A stretch of DNA of 64,000 nucleotides from an uncultured Clostridia bacterium (lineage in GTDB: Bacteria; Bacillota; Clostridia; TANB77; CAG-508), in contig CALXPY010000001.1 of assembly GCA_944390395.1 (NCBI GenBank), positions 3,167-67,166 on the forward strand, read 5' to 3'. Every line of letters begins with the position of its first letter. Position 1 is the stretch's first letter. The position numbers were made by a program, and so were the translations under genes. This document shows, one piece after another, positions 1-9,827 of this stretch. The notes below the pieces were generated by a model. The model was given only the letters and a program-made list of their open reading frames with translations. It ran no database searches and was not told where the DNA came from.

Positions 1-1
1 T

Positions 2-1192
2 TTATTTTACTAAATCCATTGTTTCTCTTGCTATCATTAATTCTTCGTTAGTAGGAACTATATATACTTTTACTTTAGAATCAGGTGTAGATATTTCTAC
101 TTCTTTTCCTCTGCAATTATTTTTCTCTTCATCTATTTTTACACCTAAGAAACCTAAATAATCACATATTTCTTTTCTAACATCAATTCCGTTTTCACCT
201 ATTCCAGCTTCAAATGTTATAACGTCAACGCCTTTCATTTGAGCTGCAAATCTACCAATGTATCCTACTACTTGATATACAAAATTGTCTATTGCTAGTT
301 TTGCTCTTCTATTTCCTTGTTTTATTGCATCTTCTATATCTCTATCATCACTGCTTATTCCAGAAAGTCCTAATTTTCCAGATTTTTTATTAAGTAGATT
401 ATTCATTTCAGATGGAGTTATATTCTCTTTTTCCATTAAAAATGTTACTACAGATGGATCTACATCTCCTGATCTTGATCCCATTGGAACTCCAGCAAGT
501 GGAGTTAATCCCATAGATGTATCTATAGATTTACCATCACAAACAGCACATAAACTTGCTCCTTGACCTAAATGGCAAGATATTATTTTTAAATCTTCTA
601 TAGGTTTGTTCATTAGTTCTGCAACTCTTTGAGATACAAATTTATGAGATGTTCCATGAGCACCATATTTACGAATTTTATATTTATCATAATATTCATA
701 AGGTATTGCATACATATATGCTTTTTCAGGCATTGTTTGATGAAAAGCTGTATCAAATACTACCACATTTGGTTTTCCTGGCAATTTTTCTATACAAGCT
801 TTTATTCCTTGTAAGTGAGCAGGGTTATGTAATGGAGCAAATTGAATTGCATCTTCTATTCCCTTAATTACATCATCATCTATTAATACTGATTTTGTAA
901 ATTTTTCTCCACCATGAACTATTCTATGGCCTATTGCATCTATTTCACTTAAATCAGATATAACACCATAGTCTTTATGTAATAATTGTTCTACAACTAA
1001 TTCCATTCCTTCTGCATGTGTTTTTATATCTTTTTCAATTTTGTATTTTTCTTCTCCAACTCTATGAGTTAAGAAAGATCCAGGAATTCCTATTCTTTCT
1101 AAGTAACCTTTTGCCATTACATCTTCTGTTTCCATATCAATTAATTGGTACTTTAGTGATGAACTTCCACAATTTACTACTAATATTTTCAT
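2..1192 (-). CDS. ackA: acetate kinase
   Basis: 396-aa ORF; N-terminus [16 protein letters not shown] and conserved acetate/propionate kinase motifs throughout; RBS AGGAGG upstream; directly downstream of pta. Confidence 0.95.
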   Translation of the reverse strand: MKILVVNCGSSSLKYQLIDMETEDVMAKGYLERIGIPGSFLTHRVGEEKYKIEKDIKTHAEGMELVVEQLLHKDYGVISDLSEIDAIGHRIVHGGEKFTKSVLIDDDVIKGIEDAIQFAPLHNPAHLQGIKACIEKLPGKPNVVVFDTAFHQTMPEKAYMYAIPYEYYDKYKIRKYGAHGTSHKFVSQRVAELMNKPIEDLKIISCHLGQGASLCAVCDGKSIDTSMGLTPLAGVPMGSRSGDVDPSVVTFLMEKENITPSEMNNLLNKKSGKLGLSGISSDDRDIEDAIKQGNRRAKLAIDNFVYQVVGYIGRFAAQMKGVDVITFEAGIGENGIDVRKEICDYLGFLGVKIDEEKNNCRGKEVEISTPDSKVKVYIVPTNEELMIARETMDLVK

Positions 1193-1238
1193 TTAATCCT
1201 CCTAAAAATTTATATTTTAAAAATTTTAATATCTTTTA

Positions 1239-2237
1239 TTAAATATCTTGAGCTTGAACAGCTGTAATAGCTATAACGCCTGCAACATCATCGCTATTGC
1301 AACCTCTAGATAAATCGTTTACAGCTCTAGCTATTCCTTGACAAAGTGGTCCATAAGCTTCTGCCTTGCCTAATCTTTGAACTAATTTATATCCAATATT
1401 TCCAGCATTTAAGTCAGGGAATATTAGTACATTTGCTTCTCCTTTTAAAGGACTACCAGGAGCTTTTGAACTTGCAACTTCTGGTACAATTGCAGCATCT
1501 AATTGTAATTCACCATCACAAATTAAATTTGGTTCTTTTTGTTTTAATAATTTTGTAGCTTCAATTACTTTTTCTGTTAACTCAGATTTTGCACTACCAT
1601 AAGTAGAATATGAAAGCATAGCTACTTTTGGTTCTTTTCCTGTTAGTTGTTTAAAACTTTTACTAGAAGATATTGCTATTTCTGATAATTGCTCTGGATC
1701 TGGATTTTCATTCAAGCCAGAATCTCCAAAAATAAATACTCCATCTTCCCCATATTTACAATTTGGAACTACCATTAAAAAGAATGCTGATACTAATTTA
1801 GTATTTGGTGCAGTTTTTAAAATTTGCAAAGCAGGTCTTAAAGTATCTGCTGTAGAATGGCAAGCACCTGATACCAATCCATCTGCATCACCGCTTTTTA
1901 CCATCATCATTCCAAAATATACTTCATTTAAAACTGTTTCTTTTGCTTTTTCCAATGTCATTCCTTTATTTTTTCTTAATTCATAAAATAAATTTGCATA
2001 TTCTTCATATTTTTCAGAAGTTCTTGGATTAACTATTTTTGCTTTAGAAATATCTATGTCATTATCTTTAGCTAATTTTTGTATTTCATTTTCATCTCCA
2101 ACTAATACAATATTTGCATAGTTTTCTTTTATTGCTTTTTCTGCTCCTTTAAGTACTCTTATATCATTACTTTCAGGTAATACTATTGATTTAATTTCTT
2201 TTTTTGCTTTTTCTTTTATACTGTCTATAAATGACAT
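1239..2237 (-). CDS. pta: phosphate acetyltransferase
   Basis: 332-aa ORF with Pta core motifs (GDENEI, SGACHSTADTLRPALQ, DAAIVPEVA); RBS AAGGAGGAG; classic pta-ackA order. Confidence 0.93.
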   Translation of the reverse strand: MSFIDSIKEKAKKEIKSIVLPESNDIRVLKGAEKAIKENYANIVLVGDENEIQKLAKDNDIDISKAKIVNPRTSEKYEEYANLFYELRKNKGMTLEKAKETVLNEVYFGMMMVKSGDADGLVSGACHSTADTLRPALQILKTAPNTKLVSAFFLMVVPNCKYGEDGVFIFGDSGLNENPDPEQLSEIAISSSKSFKQLTGKEPKVAMLSYSTYGSAKSELTEKVIEATKLLKQKEPNLICDGELQLDAAIVPEVASSKAPGSPLKGEANVLIFPDLNAGNIGYKLVQRLGKAEAYGPLCQGIARAVNDLSRGCNSDDVAGVIAITAVQAQDI

Positions 2238-2352
2238 TTTTTACTCCTCCTTAACAATTTTAAGATATAAATATTATATAGCCAAATAATTAAAATTACA
2301 AGTTTTTTGATTGATTTTAAATAAAATATGGTATATACTTATTAAGTAATAT

Positions 2353-2437
2353 GCAAGTATGCTGGAATTGGCAGACAGGCACGTTTGAGGGGCGTGTGCT
2401 TTATGGCGTGTGGGTTCAAGTCCCACTACTTGCACCA
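2353..2437 (+). tRNA. tRNA-Leu (anticodon GAG), class II tRNA with long variable arm, encoded CCA
   Basis: Hand-folded cloverleaf: 7-bp acceptor stem GCAAGTA/TACTTGC, discriminator A, encoded CCA; 3-bp D-stem; anticodon stem CACGT/GCGTG with loop TTGAGGG giving anticodon GAG; T-stem GTGGG/CCCAC with loop TTCAAGT; 85 nt. Confidence 0.85.
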
Positions 2438-2536
2438 AAATTAAAGAGGAGGATTTAGTTTGAAAGAAAAATTTATAAAAATAAAACCAAAATAATAGAA
2501 AAAGGGCATAATTCCCCCTTACCCCCAGAAATTTAA

Positions 2537-3829
2537 TCATATAACGGGAGTAGATCCTGATATTTTGGACTGCATTAAAGTTTGTAAATCATCAATGGTT
2601 AAACCAAGAGAAATTAGTTGCTTAGTTGATTGCATAAAATTGTTTTTAGTAAATTTAATTTTATCTTTATCAGAGGTTTCAACTTTTGACAAGTCAGTTG
2701 GATTAAAAAATTCACCAGTTGAAAGCATATGATAAATAGCAACTAATATTTTTCTGGCAATAGCAATATAAGCACGTTTCTTACCACGACGTTTAGAAAG
2801 TACATTGAATTTGTTGGTATAGTAAGCATTATCTTTATCTTTTACAGCACAATGTGCAACTTCAACAAGTGCAGGTTTAAGATAAACACCAGCTCTAGAA
2901 ATTTTAACAGATTTCTTTTTACCAGCAGACTCATTACAACCAGGAGCAAGACCAGCCCAAGAGGCTAAACGATGATGAGAAGAAAATTGGCTCATATCTG
3001 TACCAATTTCAGAAATAATAGTTATTGCAGATTTACGGTCAACGCCAGGAACAGAGCATAAAAGATTGATAGCACTTTCATAAGGTGCAATAACAGAATC
3101 AATTATTTCTCTTACAGTTTTAATTGATTTATCTAAATAATCAATATGTTCTTGAATAACATTCATACGTTGTTTTTGAGCATCTTGCCATGAGATACCA
3201 CTTATTGAATTAAGTATATCTTCGTTAGATGATTTGCAATGTTTATCAATATTTTTTAAAATATCTTCGTCATTGTATTCATTTTGTGATAAAATAGTAT
3301 TGATGATAGCAGAAGATGTTTTACCAAAAATATCAGAGAAAACCATATCTAATTTGCAATTACCAACAGTAAGAGCATTTGTAAATCTGTTCTTTTCTGA
3401 GGTACGCATATTGGTTAATTTGTAAAGATATCTGGTAAGTTCTCTAAGGATTCTAATATCTTTATTTGGAATAAAACTACCACGTACTATTCCAAGTTTA
3501 AAAAGATCAGCAATCCATTTGGCATCTTTGTTATCATCTTTTTCGCCTTTAATACATCTAACCCATTTAGGATTAGCAACGACGACATTAGAAATATGAC
3601 CTTCTAATGCATTGTATACAGGAACATAATACTTTCCAGTAGATTCCATGCATACATTCTGACAATCGTTAGCTAATAACCAATTTCTAAATTCAATTAG
3701 AGAATTGTTAAAGGTAGAAAAACGTTTACGAAGATATTGAGGTTTGACGGAAGTAGAGTCACAAATAACTGCTACTATAAAAGATTTGTGCACGTCAACA
3801 CCACAAGCTTTAGGATAAATAACTTCCAT
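2537..3829 (-). CDS. IS110 family transposase (DEDD recombinase)
   Basis: 430-aa ORF; N-terminal MEVIYPKACGVDVHKSFIVAVI (GxDxxK RuvC-like start typical of IS110 Tnp), C-terminal region with ALVEVAHCAVK...KKRAYIAIARKIL; RBS AAAGGAG. Confidence 0.9.
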   Translation of the reverse strand: MEVIYPKACGVDVHKSFIVAVICDSTSVKPQYLRKRFSTFNNSLIEFRNWLLANDCQNVCMESTGKYYVPVYNALEGHISNVVVANPKWVRCIKGEKDDNKDAKWIADLFKLGIVRGSFIPNKDIRILRELTRYLYKLTNMRTSEKNRFTNALTVGNCKLDMVFSDIFGKTSSAIINTILSQNEYNDEDILKNIDKHCKSSNEDILNSISGISWQDAQKQRMNVIQEHIDYLDKSIKTVREIIDSVIAPYESAINLLCSVPGVDRKSAITIISEIGTDMSQFSSHHRLASWAGLAPGCNESAGKKKSVKISRAGVYLKPALVEVAHCAVKDKDNAYYTNKFNVLSKRRGKKRAYIAIARKILVAIYHMLSTGEFFNPTDLSKVETSDKDKIKFTKNNFMQSTKQLISLGLTIDDLQTLMQSKISGSTPVI

Positions 3830-3839
3830 GATAAAAACT

Positions 3840-4090
3840 CCTTTATATAATAAATTTTTAGGGAATACAGGGACTGTGCAATTAACACTATAACAAACTT
3901 ATCAGTCAATGATTAGTTTACAATCTCAAGGGATTACTTATGTGTGCTTGAAACAACTGCACTTGCACTGTTTATAATACTGATTTGATCTGTGAGTTAC
4001 AGAAGTCTGCAACTCCTCCTACCGTGCTTTGTAGTGTATACTCCCTTGAAATATTATATAAAAAATATGCTTCCAACTCAAGGCTTTCAT
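3840..4090 (-). ncRNA. candidate IS110 bridge/guide RNA region (5' non-coding end of IS upstream of the transposase)
   Basis: ~250 nt non-coding stretch between transposase start (3829) and the HD gene, locally GC-richer than the genome and with no ORF; position matches where IS110-group elements encode their bridge RNA. Confidence 0.35.
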
Positions 4091-4136
4091 TCCTATGTGT
4101 GCCTTTGAGCGAAGCGAGAAAGGAATGGATTTTATA

Positions 4137-4703
4137 ATGAAAGAAGAATTTATAAACTTGTTAAGAAATGTAAAAAGAGATGGTATAGAAAAATTAATTA
4201 CATATTTGGAAAAAACAGATTTCTTTAAAGCACCAGCTAGTACTAGATTTCATGGTAATCATGAACAAGGTTTATTGGAACATAGCTTAAATGTTTACAA
4301 ATTATTATATATGAAGTTAAAGCAAAAACCTTATTCAGACTTAATTAATGTATCTGATGAAACAATAATTATTATTAGCTTATTACATGATATATGCAAA
4401 ACAAATTATTATACTGTAGAAATGAGAAATAAAAAGAATGAAGACGGAATGTGGGTTAAAGAACCATATTATACTATAAATGACACAATTCCTTATGGTC
4501 ATGGCGAAAAGTCAGTTATGATGATTTCTAATTTTATAAAACTTACAATGGAAGAAATGTATGCTATAAGATGGCACATGGGATTAAGTGAGCCTAAAGA
4601 ATTATATAATACTATAAGTTTAGTATTTGAAAAATACCCTCTTGCCCTTGCATTACACGAAGCTGATTTAGAGGCTACATATTTATATGAAGAAAGATCA
4701 TAA
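4137..4703 (+). CDS. HD-domain metal-dependent phosphohydrolase
   Basis: HD motif region ISLLHDICK and later RWHMG; ORF track starts at 4095 but a start at ATG 4125 or 4137 (MDFIMKEEF / MKEEF) is more likely. Confidence 0.75.
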   Translation: MKEEFINLLRNVKRDGIEKLITYLEKTDFFKAPASTRFHGNHEQGLLEHSLNVYKLLYMKLKQKPYSDLINVSDETIIIISLLHDICKTNYYTVEMRNKKNEDGMWVKEPYYTINDTIPYGHGEKSVMMISNFIKLTMEEMYAIRWHMGLSEPKELYNTISLVFEKYPLALALHEADLEATYLYEERS

Positions 4704-4759
4704 AAAAATTGCTTTGCAAATACGCACAACCCGATGGAACTTAACCTTGTTATATTAAG

Positions 4760-4795
4760 AAAAGAAGATAGGTAATTCCCTATCTTCTTTTCATT
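4760..4795. terminator. bidirectional rho-independent terminator between the HD gene and rnpB
   Basis: Perfect hairpin AAGAAGATAGG-TAATTC-CCTATCTTCTT (4762..4789) flanked by A-run upstream and T-run downstream. Confidence 0.6.
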
Positions 4796-4796
4796 T

Positions 4797-5141
4797 AATA
4801 GTAAATCTATAAGCCGGGTTCTGTCTAGGATAGTCATTTATCTAGTATATATATTACTATATATCTCATGCCACCAAACAAGAAGCAGCGAGTAACTGTA
4901 ATCTTCTTTATAGGTGTTGCTCCAAATGGGGTTTACACAGCCAGATATGTCACCATATCTGCGGTAGGCTCTTACCCTGCCTTTTCATCCTTACCTATTA
5001 ATATAGGCGGTTATTTTCTGTTGCACTTTCCTTAAGGTCACCCTCACTGGACGTTATCCAGCATTATTACTCTGTGGAGCCCGGACTTTCCTCGTACGCT
5101 ACCTTTCGATATTGCTATACGCGACTATCCAATTTACTACT
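4797..5141 (-). ncRNA. rnpB: RNase P RNA, bacterial type A
   Basis: Reverse complement contains universally conserved P4 sequence GAGGAAAGTCCGGGCTCCACAGAG, GTGCAACAGAAAATAACCGCC, AGGTAAGGATGAAAAGGCAGGGTAAGAGCCTACCG, GTAAACCCCATTTGGAGCAA and 3' ACAGAACCCGGCTTAT, all co-linear with E. coli M1 RNA; P1 pairing TAGTAAAT/ATTTACTA defines the ends. The overlapping ORF 4499..4837 is spurious. Confidence 0.9.
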
Positions 5142-5177
5142 ATTTAATTATATAATATTTTAGAACAAAAATCAATA

Positions 5178-5639
5178 CTAATATATTGTTCTATTTTCTT
5201 CATCATATTCATTAAAAACTTGTAAACATTCATTTCTATCTAATTCTATTTTATTTAACAAATTATTATTTTTGCCTTCTAAATATTCATATATTAAATC
5301 ATCTCTAAATCCAATTTTTCCGGCATCTTCTTTTGTACATCCATAATAAATATCTTTTATGTTAGCCCAAATAGCAGCTGATAAACACATTGGACATGGT
5401 TCACAAGATGTATATAATGTATAATCTTTTAAATTGTATGTATTAAGTATTTTACATGCATTTCGTATAGCTTGTATTTCGGCATGTGCTGTTGGGTCAT
5501 TATTAACTAATACTTGATTATGTGCTAAACTAATAATTTCTCCAGTCTTACTTACAATTGCAGCTCCAAAAGGTCCTCCTTCCCCATTTCTAGATCCATT
5601 CTGTGCTTCTAGTAAAGCTTTTTCCATATATTTATTCAT
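5178..5639 (-). CDS. CDA-fold nucleoside/nucleotide deaminase (TadA/guanine deaminase-like zinc deaminase)
   Basis: Zinc-binding signature HAEIQAI ... CEPCPMC; 153 aa. Confidence 0.8.
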   Translation of the reverse strand: MNKYMEKALLEAQNGSRNGEGGPFGAAIVSKTGEIISLAHNQVLVNNDPTAHAEIQAIRNACKILNTYNLKDYTLYTSCEPCPMCLSAAIWANIKDIYYGCTKEDAGKIGFRDDLIYEYLEGKNNNLLNKIELDRNECLQVFNEYDEENRTIY

Positions 5640-5851
5640 AATTCACATTCCTTTCAATATATAAAATTTTGTAAAAAATTTTTAAACTTTAATTATTAAA
5701 AAAGCAATAATAATTTTATTTTAAAAAAAATAAAATTGCAAGTAAAAATATTTATTTTTTAAAATTGTATAGACATTTTAGTTTTTTTTGTGTATTATAT
5801 ATACATACTATTGATAAAAAACATTTTATATGTTCATGGGAGGTTATATAA

Positions 5852-6211
5852 ATGTACAAATTTTTCAAAATATTTATTGTTTTAATTATTTTTATGTTGT
5901 TATGTGTTCCTTTAGTTTATGCATCAGATATAGATATGAACTTACCTACAGGAGATAATAATACTCAAACATCAAACAATCAAATACAAAATGACGTAAA
6001 TTCAACTACAAATGAAGTACAAGATAATGTGAATGATCAAACAACTAATGTTCCTGCTACAAATTCAAATTTTGATACTTTACAGCCTACAGATGTAAAT
6101 ACTGTAGAAGAATCTGGTTTAGGAGTTACAAATATTATTAATATATTGGTTATTACTGTTGGAGTTATACTAATACTACTTGCAATTGCTATAATAATTC
6201 GTTTAAAATAA
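5852..6211 (+). CDS. small secreted/tail-anchored low-complexity (N/Q/T-rich) protein, hypothetical
   Basis: N-terminal signal peptide (..PLVYA|SD), N/Q/T-rich middle, C-terminal TM helix ILVITVGVILILLAIAIII; RBS GGGAGG; followed by terminator 6221..6247. Confidence 0.55.
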   Translation: MYKFFKIFIVLIIFMLLCVPLVYASDIDMNLPTGDNNTQTSNNQIQNDVNSTTNEVQDNVNDQTTNVPATNSNFDTLQPTDVNTVEESGLGVTNIINILVITVGVILILLAIAIIIRLK

Positions 6212-6327
6212 TTTATTTTTAATCTCTTTTTTAAAAAAGAGATTTTTTTATTTTTATGAATATTTTGAATAAAAAAAATCATAATAATAATGAGAATTTT
6301 TTACTCAAAATTTCAAGGAGGATAAAA

Positions 6328-6777
6328 ATGAAAAATAAATTTTTATTTGTTACAATAGCCATGATTCTATTGTTTTCTGTTTTTGCATTTTCTTTCTCTT
6401 ATGCAGCCAATGAAGGACAAAATATGGTAAATGATGTTAGAAATGCTGTAGGTGGAGCAGAAAATGCTGTTGAAAATGCAGGTAAAGATGTAGTAAATGG
6501 TGTTAAAGATGGAATGAATGCTATAGGTAATGGTGCAAAAGATGTTACTAATAATGTTGGTGGCACTGTTCAAAATACTATGAATCCAAATAATAATAAT
6601 TCTTACACTGCTACAAGAACATCTGCTGATAATAATGGTACATTTATGGGAATGTCAGGAACTATGTGGACATGGTTAATTTTAGCAATTGCTGCTATAG
6701 CTATAATTTCATTAGTTATGTTATATGCAAAACAGCATAATGAAATTAACCCTTATAATGATAACAACAAATTTTAA
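6328..6777 (+). CDS. small secreted/tail-anchored protein with NAxxG-type repeats, hypothetical
   Basis: Start moved to ATG 6328 after RBS AAGGAGG; signal peptide, repeats NAVGGAENAVENAGKDVVNGVKDGMNAIGNGAKDV, C-terminal TM helix. Confidence 0.55.
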   Translation: MKNKFLFVTIAMILLFSVFAFSFSYAANEGQNMVNDVRNAVGGAENAVENAGKDVVNGVKDGMNAIGNGAKDVTNNVGGTVQNTMNPNNNNSYTATRTSADNNGTFMGMSGTMWTWLILAIAAIAIISLVMLYAKQHNEINPYNDNNKF

Positions 6778-6907
6778 ATATTAAGAGATAATATAATTAT
6801 TTTAGTTATATTATCTCTTTTTACTAGTACATATTTATTTTATATGTTATAATATGCTATGAAATCAATTTTTTATTACGTGCTAAATGTTTTTAGTGGA
6901 GGTTTTT

Positions 6908-7354
6908 ATGAAAAAGAAAATTATAGCAACAAACCCTGTTGCAAGACATAATTATAATATAGAAAATACTTTAGAAGCTGGAATTGTTCTTTATGGTACG
7001 GAAATAAAATCAATAAGAAATGGAAAAGTAAATTTAAAAGATAGTTATGCCAATATAAAAAATGGTGAAGTTTACATATATGGAATGCATATAAGTCCTT
7101 ATGAACATGGAAATATATATAACAAGGATCCATTAAGAAACAGAAAACTACTTTTAAATAGACGTGAAATAAATAAGTTGGTAGGTTTAATTAAGCAAAA
7201 AGGATATTCTCTAGTTCCAATGAGTTTATATTTTTCTGGTAACTTTGTTAAATTAGAATTAGGTATAGGCAAAGGTAAAAAACTTTATGATAAAAGACAA
7301 GATATTGCAAAAAAAGAAGCGGAATTAAGAATTCAAAGAACTTTAAAATATTAA
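6908..7354 (+). CDS. smpB: SsrA-binding protein SmpB
   Basis: 148 aa from ATG 6908 (RBS GGAGG); conserved SmpB motifs [42 protein letters not shown]. Confidence 0.92.
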   Translation: MKKKIIATNPVARHNYNIENTLEAGIVLYGTEIKSIRNGKVNLKDSYANIKNGEVYIYGMHISPYEHGNIYNKDPLRNRKLLLNRREINKLVGLIKQKGYSLVPMSLYFSGNFVKLELGIGKGKKLYDKRQDIAKKEAELRIQRTLKY

Positions 7355-7359
7355 AAAAT

Positions 7360-7396
7360 AACACTTAGTTTAAATTTCTAAGTGTTATTTTTTATT
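7360..7396 (+). terminator. rho-independent terminator of smpB
   Basis: Hairpin AACACTTAG-TTTAAATTT-CTAAGTGTT followed by ATTTTTT. Confidence 0.6.
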
Positions 7397-7450
7397 GTAT
7401 AGGGAAAATCGAAGATTTTGACTATACAACAAGGTTAAGTTACCTTGGGC

Positions 7451-7520
7451 TGTGCATATTCGCGAAGCGAAATGCACATGTGTGCGTCGAAAGCTTTGCT
7501 TTCGCTAACGCACACTTTTC
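7451..7520 (+). other. tandem GC-rich hairpins ending in a T-run (candidate sRNA 3' end or strong terminator); not a tmRNA
   Basis: Hairpin 1 TGTGCATATTCGC-GAA-GCGAAATGCACA (7451..7478); hairpin 2 GTGTGCGTCGAAAGC...GCTTTCGCTAACGCACAC (7480..7515) followed by TTTTC; strongly GC-rich against a ~28% GC background. Confidence 0.3.
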
Positions 7521-7595
7521 TTATATAATAGGAAATTTGCCCAAAATTACAAAATTTGTTAACTTAATGCATCTTCCCTTTACTCTTTAATATAA

Positions 7596-8525
7596 TTATG
7601 CTTTATTACTTGAACCAAAAACATCTCTAATTTTGTGTTGTACAGTTTCTTTTATTAAATCTCTAGCAGGTGTTAAATATGCTCTTGGATCAAATTTAGA
7701 AGGTTCTTCTACAAACACTTTTCTAATAGCAGCGGTCATAGCTAGTCTTAAATCAGTATCAACATTTATTTTTGAAACACCAGATTTGCTTGCTTCATGT
7801 AACATTTCATCAGGTACGCCCTTTGCCCCTGGAATATTTCCTCCATATTTATTGCACATATCTACTAACTCAGGAATTACAGTAGATGCTCCATGTAATA
7901 CAATTGGTGTATTTGGTAATTTTTCTTTTACTTTTTGTAATATATCAAATCTTAGTTTTGCTTCTCCTTTGAATTTATACGCTCCATGGCTTGTACCAAT
8001 TGCAATTGCCAATGAGTCACATTCTGTTCTTTCCACAAACTCTTTTGCTTGATCAGGGTCTGTATACATAGCTTCATGAGCTTCTACTTTTACATCATCT
8101 TCTATTCCAGCTAATTTTCCTAATTCTGCTTCTACAACTACTCCTCTTGAATGAGCATAATCTACTACTTTCTTTGTTAATTCAATATTTTGTTCAAAAT
8201 CATATTTAGATCCATCTATCATAACAGATGAAAACCCATTATCGATACACATTTTACATGTTTCAAAATCAGGGCCATGATCCAAATGTAAAGCGATAGG
8301 TATATCATGTTCTTCTATTGCTGCTTCAACCATTTTTCTTAAATAACCAATTCTTGCATATTTTATTGCACTTGATGATGCTTGTAAAATTACTGGTGAA
8401 TTTTCTTCTGCTGCAGCATCTACTATTGCTTGTATAATTTCCATATTGTTTACATTAAAAGCCCCTATTGCAAAATGCTCCTTCATTGATTTTTCAAACA
8501 TATCTTTTGTCGTTACTAATGGCAT
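7596..8525 (-). CDS. fba: fructose-bisphosphate aldolase, class II
   Basis: 309 aa; class II FBA motifs (HLDHG, GTSHGAYKF, LVLHGASTV); RBS AAAGGAGG. Confidence 0.95.
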   Translation of the reverse strand: MPLVTTKDMFEKSMKEHFAIGAFNVNNMEIIQAIVDAAAEENSPVILQASSSAIKYARIGYLRKMVEAAIEEHDIPIALHLDHGPDFETCKMCIDNGFSSVMIDGSKYDFEQNIELTKKVVDYAHSRGVVVEAELGKLAGIEDDVKVEAHEAMYTDPDQAKEFVERTECDSLAIAIGTSHGAYKFKGEAKLRFDILQKVKEKLPNTPIVLHGASTVIPELVDMCNKYGGNIPGAKGVPDEMLHEASKSGVSKINVDTDLRLAMTAAIRKVFVEEPSKFDPRAYLTPARDLIKETVQHKIRDVFGSSNKA

Positions 8526-8690
8526 AAAAAAATACCTCCTTTAAAATTATATAGCTATTATATATTAATTTAATTTATTATTCAAGTATATAAACGAAAA
8601 GAAATTTCTTGTTATATAAAATTAATAAACTCCACTATGTATATAGTGGAGTAATACTTTATATATAAAGTATTTTTAGGGATCTTGAAA

Positions 8691-9044
8691 CTACGAACAA
8701 AAATGTCTAAGGTTAATGTCGAATTTTACTGGTCTAAAATAAATATTAAATTTCTTTAATAGATTTTTTTCATGCTCAGTTAGTTTCCTGCATATAAATC
8801 TTTTTCCTGCCTTCCATGCAAAATGTATATCTTTTAACAGTGGAGGCAATGCATCTATCTTCTTAAGCATCTTAGTTTTAATTTCATAAATAATTGGAGT
8901 TACTACACCTCCCCAATTTTCAATTAAAGATATAGTTTTATGTGTATTTTTTGCAATTCGCCGTTCTACATGCATTCTTCCTTTACGTCTTTCGCTCAAA
9001 AGTTCCTTTTTCAATCTAGCATCTTCATAATTCTGTTTGTTCAT
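8691..9044 (-). CDS. hypothetical protein (basic, 117 aa), downstream partner of the HNH endonuclease
   Basis: ORF only; lysine/arginine-rich; co-directional with the HNH gene 108 nt upstream. Confidence 0.4.
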   Translation of the reverse strand: MNKQNYEDARLKKELLSERRKGRMHVERRIAKNTHKTISLIENWGGVVTPIIYEIKTKMLKKIDALPPLLKDIHFAWKAGKRFICRKLTEHEKNLLKKFNIYFRPVKFDINLRHFCS

Positions 9045-9152
9045 GAAGATCCCCCTTTTTTTATTATTATATAGGTATTAAGCCTATACAATATAATTAT
9101 AACATGATTTTCAAAAAAAATCTATCCCAAAGTATGGAATAGATTTTTCAAC

Positions 9153-9827
9153 TTAAATAGCTATAACATTATCTAATGTTACAAATGGGACTTTTACTTT
9201 GTTTGGTAAATTTTTTGCTAACATCAATGCCAAGAATCCATCTACAACTACATGGTTACTTGTAATCACTACTGGTTTACAAATGCTACCATAGGTTTCA
9301 TACAATTCTGTAACTCTTATATATTGACTAGTTTTTTTATAACTATCAGTAGAATTAATTTGGACTAGCACATTATAATCTCTTTGTAGAGTATACCATT
9401 CTTTTGGTAGAATAATACCTTCTTTCCGTCTTAATTCCTCATGTTTTTTACTTATTTTTTCCAAAAAAGCTTTTTTTAATTCATAATCATATTTCACTGA
9501 CTTAAACCTATAATATTCTTCTTCAGTAAAATTATTCTTCTTTCCATTACAGTCTTTACAGCATGGTACTAAATTATTCGGTACAGAAATACCTCCATAA
9601 TCTCTTGGATACAAATGATCTAATGACCTTGTCGAAGACGTTAATGGATTACCACAGTAGTAGCAAATATCATCACCTTTCATCTGATAAGTTAATGCAT
9701 ACATTGTTTTTTCAAACATAGCTTGGGGAACATATAAAACTCTTTCTTTACCTCTGTTAGGTGCTAAATAAGCTCCATATTCCTCTGTAATCCGTTTGTC
9801 AATTCTTCTTGGTAATTTAATATTCAT
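9153..9827 (-). CDS. HNH endonuclease domain protein
   Basis: HNH/zinc-finger signature CYYCGNPLTSSTRSLDHLYPRDYGG ... NLVPCCKDCNGKK (C-x2-C ... H ... N ... C-x2-C) followed by a ~100-aa C-terminal domain. Confidence 0.75.
   Translation of the reverse strand: MNIKLPRRIDKRITEEYGAYLAPNRGKERVLYVPQAMFEKTMYALTYQMKGDDICYYCGNPLTSSTRSLDHLYPRDYGGISVPNNLVPCCKDCNGKKNNFTEEEYYRFKSVKYDYELKKAFLEKISKKHEELRRKEGIILPKEWYTLQRDYNVLVQINSTDSYKKTSQYIRVTELYETYGSICKPVVITSNHVVVDGFLALMLAKNLPNKVKVPFVTLDNVIAI

Larger units (their letters stand above)
2500..4090 (-). mobile_element. IS110-family insertion sequence (approximate ends), inserted between tRNA-Leu and an HD-domain gene
   Basis: Single DEDD-type transposase ORF with ~250 bp non-coding region upstream of it and no obvious terminal inverted repeats, as expected for IS110 family; ends not determinable without a second copy. 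Confidence 0.7.

Noticed and set aside
2274-2540. 88-aa ORF on minus strand
   Set aside because: Overlaps the tRNA-Leu gene; low-complexity translation; spurious.
4499-4837. 112-aa ORF on minus strand
   Set aside because: Lies inside the RNase P RNA and terminator; spurious.
7355-7595. tmRNA (ssrA) expected downstream of smpB
   Set aside because: No tRNA-like acceptor/T-arm (GGTTCGANTCC ... CCA) and no tag-peptide reading frame; only terminator-like hairpins are present.
7633-8052. 139-aa plus-strand ORF
   Set aside because: Antisense to fba, which has unambiguous homology. Same reasoning for antisense ORFs 285..566, 35646..36038, 53537..53917, 58837..59223, 40620..40865 and others in the track.
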